DNA of 64,000 bases from Lingula anatina (lineage: Eukaryota > Animalia > Brachiopoda), in contig CM120642.1 in NCBI GenBank assembly GCA_051362555.1, forward strand, positions 1,674,001 to 1,738,000, in the 5' to 3' direction. The translations under genes were made by a program, and so were the position numbers. The first letter of the stretch is position 1. Every line of letters starts with the position of its first letter. Positions 13,401 to 24,338 of the stretch are shown here, piece after piece. Under the pieces are notes generated by a model, which was not told the origin of the DNA, searched no databases, and worked only from the letters and a program-made list of their open reading frames with translations.

Positions 13401-14715
13401 GAAGATCTAGGTTGACAACATACTTTGGGACCTGGTACTCAGCTCTAAGAAAAAATACTGATATACTACATGTAGCTACATGTGTCAATGAACATTTTAT
13501 TTTCATTAATCAATTGACTTGTAATTTTTCATTTCTTTGATCCATTAGATTATAAATAATTTGGTACTCGATCAGCTTAAGAAATAATGAATATGGTTAA
13601 GAATATCTTAACATTCAGTATATTCAAAAATAAATCAATATTTAATACCATTTCCTTAATTAAGCAATCTAAATTTATGTGTGGAATCAGAATTTCTGAC
13701 AGTTCATAAGCATTTTAACTTGTTAATTTACTCTGGTCTAATTAAAGGGGCCCGCACACGGTGAGCATTTGGCGTGCGCCACTTGCGCTGCGCCGTTTTC
13801 TCACCGTGTGCAGGGCTATTTTGGTGAGATTTTTGCCTCTCGCGCGGCTGAGCAAAATCTCACGTGTTTGATATTTTTGGTCTCTTGTGGCAAATGTCTC
13901 CGCGTGTGAGGGGTGCAAGCACCGATTGCTCACGCCATGCCAACAATGCGCATGTGCCGGTAGCCGGAAACAAAGAAAAATGGCAGCCTCCAGCGAAGTA
14001 AACAAAAGTGTACACATGCAGTTATAGTTAGTCTGATTGATTAACATGGTCACCATTTGCCATAACTTTCAGAAAAAAAAAAAAAAAAAATGTTTCCTTA
14101 ATCACATGATCCCACAGTTCGCGGTGCGTCCGATAGGGGCAGGCCGGGAGGCATATCTGCTGAGCAAAGAGCGCATCGTTTGCGGGGAGCTGAGGAGCGC
14201 GAGCATCTGGCGCAGCGCAAGTGGCACGCGCCGAATGCTCACCGTGTGCGGGCCCCTTAAGCAGACCCAAGGGGGCAGGTGGGGGGAAGGGGTTAAGTGT
14301 ACCACACACCCCTTAGTGCTATATTCTGGGCCTGTGCGTGGCATCATTATATATATCCTTATTTTCTGTGTGACAGCTCTTATGACTATTAATACTCACG
14401 TCTGTGGAGGGGGGTATTTCCCTGTTACACATTCCTCTTTTTGCTGAAGAAGTATTCAAAGAAAATAATATATAATTCAAATGGACAGCCCAATAAAATC
14501 TCTTACTTCTCTCAGAACTGAACTCACCCAAAGAATTAAACAAAACAAAGGGACACAGAATAAGCTCAGATTAAACTATCTTGTCAATGCTATGCATGAT
14601 TTTAATCAAGAAAGAAACGCACCGGAGGCCCAAGCCTGTGTGTAGAGACAGTTGAGACAAATACTACCAAAATAGCAGCGGTGCAACCTCGCAGAACTGT
14701 GCTGGTCACAAACAT
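7480..14715 (-). CDS. ASAH1: Acid ceramidase paralog B (11 exons, 372 codons; terminal exon not found in the window)
   Basis: GT-AG exons in phase: 14623-14715 (signal peptide [10 protein letters not shown]...), 14400-14443, 13354-13444, 12828-12920, 12476-12554, 9875-9949 ([16 protein letters not shown], Ntn-hydrolase catalytic Cys), 9459-9504 (HARNLDFG), 9030-9174, 8433-8654 (NERF), 7890-8060 (ETNYDHW...DDRR), 7480-7536 (STKPVLNK). No internal stop codons. Confidence 0.93.
10090..12035 (+). mobile_element. Penelope-like retroelement remnant (GIY-YIG C-terminus plus pseudo-LTR, with an inverted terminal copy)
   Basis: 10540-10720 translates as [28 protein letters not shown]...STLNK...W, resembling the Penelope H..D...ILD.E..W..R.IKEA....LN tail. 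10092-10141 is an inverted, diverged copy of the 3' terminal segment 11968-12030. Confidence 0.65.
10724..12000. repeat. 53-bp minisatellite, about 24 near-identical copies
   Basis: Unit CTAGCCATACGACACTACTTATAATGAGGTGACCAGTCCATCCAGGTTACTAC, head-to-tail with only occasional single substitutions and no spacers. Confidence 0.98.
13067..13234. mobile_element. 168-bp MITE with 11-bp TIRs and a 5-bp TSD (hAT-like CAG termini)
   Basis: CAGGGGCGGAT...ATCCGCCCCTG flanked by ATACT (13062-13066 and 13235-13239). Confidence 0.9.
13746..14257. mobile_element. 512-bp MITE, PIF/Harbinger-like
   Basis: About 49-bp TIRs (AGGGGCCCGCACACGGTGAGCATT...), flanked by TAA on both sides (13743-13745 and 14258-14260). 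GC-rich against an AT-rich intron. Confidence 0.85.
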
Positions 14716-15044
14716 GGTTGTCCTTGTCAGATTATGGCTGTCATTGAAAACAAACCAGGCATACTATTACCCCAGTCACGAGACAGACCGGCCATATCGG
14801 TCATGTATAAAACTTGAAATTTTGTTTACATTTTTCACGATAAGTTTTAATGAATAAAATAAAGAGAAGGTAAATATATATTTTCATTGTATTGTTAGTA
14901 TTTCATAATTATTCTTTCAATGATATGGAGGGCATGGAATATTAGATAATAGAAAAACAGGATGCGTTTTACACTTACGATAAATCCTCATTTTGATGAA
15001 ACCCACAAGTCACATTGTACCGCAAGACGAACGAAACCGAAACT

Positions 15045-15981
15045 GATACAGATGTGTCTGAAGCCGTCACCTGCGTCTGTCGTTGTGCAATTTCAGAGAA
15101 ACCGTTCGACCTATTGTCTTCAAACTTACAGAACTGATGAATAATTGTAAAATACATGCCGAGTTCGAAAATCAGCTTGATCGGACTATTTCCAAAAGAA
15201 ATGCTGTTCTTTTTCGCTTTTTTCGGCATATACCTGTACGTATATGCAATATATATAACGCATTAATCGGAAAATCTATTGAACTTTTGTCTTCAAACTT
15301 ACAGGGGTGATAAATATTGCAAAAATTCAGGTCGAGTTGGAAAATCAGCCTGATAGAAATATTTTTCGTCAAATGTTCATTTTTCACAAAGTGACGTTTT
15401 CAAGGCGTGACTTTGAACTACCATGTGCCTTAATAGCTTTGCTCGTTAATTTTCTTAATTGCTCATCTAGAGCATAATGAAAAATTGATGGTGATAATTC
15501 TTTTTAAGCATAGAGGGCATGGACACTATTTAAGGAAAACCATGTCACTTATGATTCTAAAACTTACAGGAAAGAAATATACGGCTAAATACAGCCTGGG
15601 TTGGAAACTAACTAGCCTGTTTGGTTTCTTTTCTGGTAGTCATGCAGTTTTTTACATTTTATTCTATTTTTCACTATTTTTAATTTTTCACATATTGGCA
15701 TTTTCAAGTTATGACTTTCAGCTTCCATGGGATTGAAGCCTTTTGATACATACTTTTTCGGAATCACCCTGATACACATAGTATATTATTTAAAATTGGT
15801 GGAAATTATGTACTATTGCATCAAAATTGACAAAAAAGTAATAATTTGCGCACTCCCACCACAAGCTTTATGAAAGGAAAACTGTCATACTTAAATTAAT
15901 TATTTTGTAACCTACAAGAATGATTCTTAAGACTTTCATACAGCTTGGTAAAAATTTATTTTTTTCTTGAATTTATTTATT

Positions 15982-16016
<35 letters not shown>

Positions 16017-16285
16017 TGTATTATTATTATTTTTTTTTTCTGGAGAAATTTTTATATTTCTTATTCTGGCACATTTCAATGTGTGAAATGGGACTTTCAT
16101 GGGCCTGAAGCCTTATGTTAGTAACATGTTCCTAACCAGCTGACTGTGCATAATTAAAATTTGGTCTTGACTTTTCTGTTAAGAAAAGTGTATTATTGCA
16201 TCAAAATTGACAAAATAACCTGTTTTGTGCATCATTATTTTCTGCTTTTTATTGGTAAATTTGACAGCTTTGCAGCCTTGTTTTA
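15045..16285 (+). mobile_element. Older, degenerate member of the HINE family seen at 2432-5235
   Basis: Shares ACAGATGTGTCTG...CTGCGTCTGTCGT, diverged monomers (AAACTTACAGAACTGATGAATA...GTTCGAAAATCAGC), internal blocks matching ~4075, ~4227 and ~5150, and the 3' end TTTGACAGCTTTGCAGCCTTGTTT (~16260-16284). Confidence 0.7.
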
Positions 16286-16828
16286 AAATCTTATAAGAAG
16301 GGCATTCAGCATTGAATATCTAGGTTACTCAAACTTGGAGGTTTGGATTGCTTCTTCATAAACTAAATTAAAAACAAAAATATATGTTCACTTAAAAACC
16401 ATTTATCTCATGAAGATCAGCTAAATAAGTCACAACAACTGGAATTCGAGTTTTTTGTTTGGGAAGAGTATTTTATCTCCTGAGGGAATGGCACTGGTTT
16501 TCAACATAAATATCAGTTAAAAAGAAAAATACATTTTAATATGATAAATATTAAAATATCAATGCCTTTTAGAAAATGTTCACAAAAACTATAAAAAAAC
16601 AAGTCCTAACCTAATAATTAAATTCACATAAAGTTATGCTAAAATTTGATAAACAATCAAAAGTATCAGTTTGTGTCCAGTTGTAGCTTCATCAGAAATA
16701 AATTTACCAAGACAGTAATTATAAAGTCCATCATCACAAGCCACATATAAAGAATGCAGCTTTTTGGAACCATCATGTTACCATGTCTTTAATATATAAC
16801 CATGGCAACATGTAACCATGACAACCAG

Positions 16829-19800
16829 TTACCATGGCCAGCATGGGTCATCACAGTGTTGTTTGTATGTCTCTAGTTTCCCTGCATTGACCTGCATCAG
16901 TGCTGTGTATGTGGTCAGCTGGAAACAGCAGAGCTTAGAATGTATTTACAATTATAATATTTTTAAAATCTTTTAATATGAACACTTATTTTGCAGCAGA
17001 TTTCTTACAATGAGCATTGGCATTATAAACAAACAAAGATAATCACTGACAATCTAAATGTATTTGGGATTATAATAAAATGGACACAAGGTACCTTGTT
17101 GAGGACTGGCTTGGTTGACAAGACATTGAAAAGTCCAGCAAAACCAACATTCTAGAAAAATAATTTATATGTGTTATTATTCTGTTTCCAGCCATAAATT
17201 CTCCAGTCTTGTCTATTTGTTAAACCACCTGCATATCAAACTATTGAAAGTTAGGCAAGATATCTTTTAAAAAATTATTGGGTACAGACAGTTCGTACGT
17301 CAACAAATCATGCCAATAATTTTATTCAAGTAAAAAGAATTAGAAACTTTATAAACTTATAGAAAAATCAATTAAAACATTAAAAAAATTACTAAAACTC
17401 CACATAGAGAGTATATATATATATAACAAGCTTGAGTGTGGAACAGAGTGCTCAACAGTCCGGAGCATTTGTACACAATTAAAATTAATAAATAAATAAA
17501 TAAACAAAAGACATGCAATAACCCCGACTCCGAGTTTCACGGGCATACCCAGAAGGTATGCCTGATCGTCAGGAGGTTTATTTGAAAATAAACTGGGTAT
17601 GCCCGTGAAACTCGGAGTCAGGGTTATTGCATGTCTTTTGTTTATTTATTTATTTATTAATTTTAATTGTGTGTGTATATAAATATATATATTTATATCG
17701 TAAAAATATACAATTATTACACAAAATCTGTGAAATCTAGACTTAATGACCAAGCCTCACCTGCTGCGTGGTCTGATTCATACACCTCATTCCCGGAGTG
17801 CGTCTGTCATCTACAAACAGTGGCGCCTTCCAGTGATCGTAGTTTGTTTGAAGGCGATACCACACGCCTTTCCCAGGGTTCAACTCCCAGATATCCAGGG
17901 CTTTTTCTCTGCTTCTTGTTATCACACAGCCCTTTGAAAGTATAGAATATTCAAATTCATAAAACAGTAAAGCTGCCCAATGTACAGGCAAATATCAGTC
18001 ACAGAGTAGTATGAAATGTGGACAATTAATGTAGACAAAGAGTAGCATTTTGAAACAAAAAACTCAAGCTTTATGAATTTTCAGAAATTTTAAATGCTAC
18101 AACTATATTATGTAAATAAACTTGGTTGCAAATAAAGGTGCAATTCATCACTTTATTACCTACCATGAAAATAAATTGAGAGTTAGGTGTGGAAAATAAA
18201 TAAGTATATAGTCTTCATTCTACATAAGACCTGAAGTTGTCATGTAGACATGATGTGTCAAATTGTGTACAACCAATGTATGGTGTTACTTAATTACCTG
18301 CCCAGAAAAATTTCCACCAAGAATATAATAAGCAGGAGCAATAAGTTCAACGTGGGACAGTTTCTCCTTGGCTTGCTGATAACTGGTGGAGTATGTTAAC
18401 ACATCCCTGGTCAGGAAGCTCACCCACTGACTGCTGTGGTCACCTAGCAACCACTCTATGATACCAATTTTTCCTCCAGTCAGAGAGAAGCGTGTGTTTA
18501 CAGATAATGTCAAGACATCCTGAAAGAGAAAGACTTGTGATACAGAATAGAAAGGCACTCATTGAAAGCTGACCTTCACCATGGCAGCTCATTTCTAATT
18601 ATCACTAATTTACTGATGAAAGGATCACCACCAAAGTCTACCTGATTATAAGATATTCCATTTTTGACATACATGAATCCTGAAAATAAAATAGAAATAA
18701 CTAGAAATTAAAGCACTCAGAGTGCAGATTTTAATTCAACCCAATTCTCATTGCAGATTTATTAATCAGTTAATGGATCATGATTGAAATCTTCCTAGTT
18801 ACACCATTTCTGAAAATTTACCAAATCCACCCACAATTCTTCAGGTGACAATATCCTTATGATTAAATTCATAATTAAACATAAATTCAACTAACTTCTA
18901 ATTGGAATCAATTATAATCATGGCATTTTTTTTTTAATCAGTATAAATCAATCTAAGATAAAATTTACAATTAAATCCAAAAATGGACCTACAGGTATCA
19001 TTCCTGTAATAGCTCCAATGAAGCCAGCATATGTCACAGACTTGTAGACAACTTTTCCTTTCATCTGGAACTCTACATTCATTATCATTGGCCGCAGTGA
19101 CTCAGTTATCACCCATGTGTGGTTTTTAATGTCCCATCTGAAAATAATAATCATCTAGTTAGCTCTGACAATGCAGTATAATTTTTACTGTGTTTACTGC
19201 ATGTCCTATAATGTGAATTTTAATGTGAATAAATAGTTAATCAATGTACCCTAAATAATTTTAAATTTTAAAATATAATAAATATTAAAATTAATTAAAC
19301 AATGATACTGTTATATTTAAAGTAAAATTATTATTATTACTACTCTCTGCACCAACAAAACTTCTATCATTTCACCAAAATCCACCCTGAGCTTCAGAGC
19401 TAACTTGACACTAACCTCTTCACTGTAGCCTATCTTCATCGTGTCAAGTAACCTCTGACGAAAATAGTTTGACCTAGTTTATATAAGCCAATCAAATCCA
19501 TGTTTCAAAATTTTTCACCAAAGTTTGGTGAAAACGCTGATTGGTTGACCGTCAATCGGCAATCCTCGGCTGATTCCGCAAGCTCCATACTAACAACAAA
19601 GTTATTGTCGAGTGCGGAGACATCCGAGTAGTTCCGAGTGTATTACCGTACACAAAGAAAGCAAGGCGAGTGACTACGAAAAAGAATGTGTTAAGTTATC
19701 TCTTGATTCTTTGCAAAATATGAGTAAATCGGAATTGAAACCATAGGGTCTAGCAGTTTGAGGCCCTGCATCATTTTCTACTGAGAGACGATGTTATTTG

Positions 19801-22800
19801 TGTGCTGCCCACAGGTTACGGCAAGTCCCTGATATTCAGCCTTATCTTTGATTGGTCCGGATTTGAACAAAGCGCGCTTTGACTCGTTCGCGTTCATTGG
19901 CTAGATCGTTTAATGAGTCATTGAGTGCGGGCTTTTAAATTTGATTGGCGGGCGGCGGAGGCAATCGAATCTGGTCAGAGGTAACTTGACACGATGAAGA
20001 TAGGCTAGCTACAGTGAAGAGGTTAGTGTCAAGTTAGCTCTGAAGCTCAGGGTGCCAAAATCCATCTCCATTAAAAATGACAGTTAATAAAAAATAATCA
20101 GCTTAGAACTCAGAAATGGATTAATTGACCACAAAGAAAAGTGTAAAAATTTCCAGGAAAATAATTCATTTGATAAATAAAGGTTTAATGGTCATTGTGA
20201 GCCTTATTAATAGGTCTTCAATCACATAAAAAGTGAACACTAATCATACCCCAATAACAGACCGAAGTCCAAATTTCTGGCATGATAAAGTTTTCCTAAA
20301 AACATCAAATTTAACTAGAGGATCAGAGAGGCGATACCGCCTCCAAATATTGTACCACCAGCTGGAGCAAACGCATTCGTATAGACCCCCACATACACAA
20401 AATAAGGGACACAGCCACCAGTTTTGTGCTTGACAAGCTGTAAAAATGCAATCAACAAGAATTTTTTAACTATTGCAAAAAATATATATGGTACAATCAA
20501 ATTTAAGTTCTTCGTAAGGTAGGTCAAGGGTCAATTTCAAGGTCACAGTAAATTGCCAGTATATGACTTCCTATTCAAGTTCAAGGGTAACTATGGACCT
20601 ATCTCTGTCAAGTTTGAAATTAAAAGAGAAAGAAATTAGCAGAGTTCAGTTCATGATAAAAAGTAGGTCAAAGGTCAATTTCAAGGTCACACTTAGATTG
20701 CCAGTATAGGACTTCCTATTCAACTTCAATAGTAACTATGGACCTATCTCAGCCAGTTTTGGAGATAAAAGGGAAGCAAAATTTGCAAAATTCAGTTCAT
20801 GGTGAAAAGTAGGTCAAAGGTCAATTTCAAGGTCACATTTAGATTGCCAGTATATGACTTTCTATTCAAGTTCAATAGTAACTATGGACCTATCTCTGCC
20901 AGTTTTGGAGATAAAAGGGAAGCAAAATTTGCAAACTTCAGTTTATGGTGAAAAGTAGGACAAAGGTCAATTTTAATGTCACATTTATAATGCCAGTATA
21001 TGACTTCCTATTCAAGTTCAATAGTAACTACGGACCTATCTCAGCCAGTTTTGGAGATAAAAGGAAAGCAAAATTTGCAAAATTCAGTTCATGGTGTAAA
21101 GTAGGTCAAAGGTCAATTTTAAGGTCACATTTAGATTGCCAGTATATGACTTCCTTTTCAAGTTCAATAGTAACTATGGACCTATCTCAGCCAGTTTTGG
21201 AGATAAAAGGGAAGCAAAATTTGCAAAATTCAGTTCATGGTGTAAAGTAGGTCAAAGGTCAATTTTAAGGTCACATTTAGATTGCCAGTATATGACTTCC
21301 TTTTCAAGTTCAATAGTAACTATGGACCTATCTCTGCCAGTTTTGGAGATAAAAGGGCAGAAAAGTTTGCAAAGTTCAGTTCATGGTGAAAAGTAGGTCA
21401 AAGGTCAATTTCAAGGTCACATTTAGATTGCCAATATATGACTTCCTATTCAAGTTCAATAGTAACTATGGACCTATCTCTGCCAGTTTTGGAGATAAAA
21501 GGGAAGCAAATTTTGCAAAGTTCAGTTTATGGTGAAAAGTAGGTCAAAGGTCAATTTTAAGGTCACATTTAGATTGCCAGTATATGACTTCCTATTCAAG
21601 TTCAATAGTAACTACGGACCTATCTCAGACAGTTTTGGAGATAAAAGGAAAGCAAAATTTGCAAAATTTAGTTCATGGTGTAAAGTAGGTCAAAGGTCAA
21701 TTTTAAGGTCACATTTAGATTGCCAGTATGTGACTTCCTATTCAACTTCAATAGTAACTATGGACCTATCTCTGCCAGTTTTGGAGATAAAAGGGAAGAA
21801 AAATTTGCAAAGTTCAGTTCATGGTGAAAAGTAGGTCAAAGGTCAATTTTAAGGTCACATTTAGATTGCCAGTATATGACTTCCTATTCAAGTTCAATAG
21901 TAACTACGGACCTATCTCTGCCAGATTTGGAGATAAAAGGAAAGCAAAATTTGCAAAATTCAGTTCATGGTGTAAAGTAGGTCAAAGGTCAATTTTAAGG
22001 TCACATTTAGATTGCCAGTATATGACTTCCTATTCAAGTTCAATAGTAACTACGGACCTATCTCTGCCAGTTTTGGAGATAAAAGGGAAGAAAAATTTGC
22101 AAAGTTCAGTTCATGGTGAAAAGTAGGTCAAAGGTCAATTTCAAGGTCATAGTAAGATTGCCAGTATATGACTTCCTATTCAACTTCAATAGTAACTATG
22201 GACCTATCTCTGCCAGTTTTGGAGATATAAGGGACTAGATGTTATAATTTTGGAGTTACCATAATGTGCCTTAAATTTCGTACAGAAAAAATTAATTAAA
22301 ATAAAGAAAATGTCATTTTGGTCAAAATTCTTGAAATAGGAGGTGCTCTGAAGTTTCAGAAGTTCAAATTTGATGAAATAATGTCATTTTTGAACACAAG
22401 TTGTCTGCTTTGCCAAGCCTTATATTTTATTTTTCCAGAGTTCAAAATTTATTATCCATTACCGTACTGCACATTTTGCTTTTACCACCAATATGTACTT
22501 TTTGATACAGCGTAACTAGAAAACCGTATGGAAGACAAAAAAACCGAGACCACCCCCAGTGTTGGGCTTTACATGCTCTACAAAATGCAAAAAAGAATGG
22601 GTCTCTAGCATTAACGGTTCCCGAATTAGAGACAGTTTTCAGTTTCGGTATCTTATGGCCGCTACTCCCGTGAAAATGCACCGATTGACCCCAAATTCAT
22701 GGAGATGAAAGATGACCTGAAGGGTAACACTTCCCAATAATATTATTGGTTAAGTCTGTGTGGTGTCTGAATAACAGGGCAAAAAAATTTTTTTTCGTAA

Positions 22801-24302
22801 AAAATTTCATTTTTTTGAAAATTTTGGCCCATTTGACCTTGAAGTAGAGGTCAAAGGTCAAATCCAAGGGTATATTTGAAATCTACACATATGACTTTTG
22901 GAAAGCCGTCTATAGAAATTTTTCCCATAACTCCTTCCGTAGGGTAGATAATTAGCATTTAATTTTGCCATTTTTAGACAAGGGTGCATTGCAATGAGTG
23001 CCACACCCAGACCCCAATACTGACAAAGCCCAAATTTTACGTGGAACGAGTTGAGATTATAGGTGACCTAAATCAATGAGATGGGTACGGGGGCCCTTAC
23101 CGTCTAGGAGGAGAAGCCGTAACGGTAGCCGTCCGGCGGAGCCAACGGAGCCGGCGGAACGATCCGGACGGGACCGAAACCATGTGTACCGCCAGCGCTA
23201 ACGCTGGTGGTACAATTAAATCAAATCAATAATTAATCAATCATATATAAGATACAAACAGTTCCTGATTGATAAACATTTATGACACATTTTTATCCAA
23301 ATCAAAATTATAATCAAAGAAATAAATGACATTTTGTGAGTGATGGGCATCAATGATTTAGGAAGAATCTAAGGCTGTGTCATATTCTGCTGTAATCAGA
23401 ACACTCGTGATAAACACTATTATGTGGTATCAAGTAGTGATAAATGTATTGACTGAAGATTGAACATAATCAGAGTTATTAAAAAGCTAGCTCCGTCTGA
23501 TTCTTTTGAGTATTTTTAATTAAGGTTAATCTTACCTGCAGGGTCCTCAGCAACAATGGATGTACACATACTGAACATTTCATAAAATATATTGTACATT
23601 AACACCTCCCCTGGAACACAAATTAAAACCAGTTGTCTTCATATCTACATTGATTGTTCACTAACATGATTTTTACAAAAATCATAAGTAGTTTATTAAT
23701 TCCTGATCATTGTGACAATTCTTGGAATCATTTTGCCATAAAATAATTTAAATAAATGATAAAACATAACCTGCTTTTAAACGATTCAGAAAAAGAACGG
23801 TGTTTAGTCACACCTTTGTTTGTTTACACATTTTCTGTCAGTAGATGATGACTGTGACTATGACAACTTTGCGTTCTCGCTTAGATGAAGTGTCGATTGA
23901 TCTGGTAAATAAAACATTTTATTCGTACAAGGGTCAACCATCAGTGGTCAGGAGAACTTCTGTTGAGGGGGGGTAGAATGTTGTCATTGAAACCACTACT
24001 TTAAAACATTCTTTATATATCTCAACTGTATATAAAATAAATCTAATCCTTGATTTGATTAATTTAGTAATATGCCCCCACCAAGTGGTATTCCTGTAGC
24101 CTTGGCTATTCCCTTGATCTCATCAGCATATGGCTCTGGAAGGGTGTTGGTTAAATTCCCCTAAAATACACATATATAACATTTGCACTCTTATAAATCC
24201 ATTACTAAGAACTGACTCTTGGAATCATTTAAAGCAAACTGGTGGGTGTCATGAAATGTAGGAAAAATTTTCAAGTAACAGGTTTGATCACATAACCTTA
24301 CC

Positions 24303-24338
<36 letters not shown>

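Noticed and set aside
13742-14447. GC-rich overlapping ORFs of 80-136 aa
   Set aside because: They derive from the Harbinger-like MITE and its TIRs, with no recognisable protein motifs.
16775-16840. Cluster of RFX X-box-like motifs (CCATGGCAAC, GTAACCATGACAAC)
   Set aside because: They sit at the ASAH1-A stop codon and look like short local duplications of CCATGGTAAC, not a promoter.
20945-22126. Repeated ~100-aa ORFs (MVKSR...) as a gene family
   Set aside because: They are translations of the 146-bp tandem array, with no domain features.
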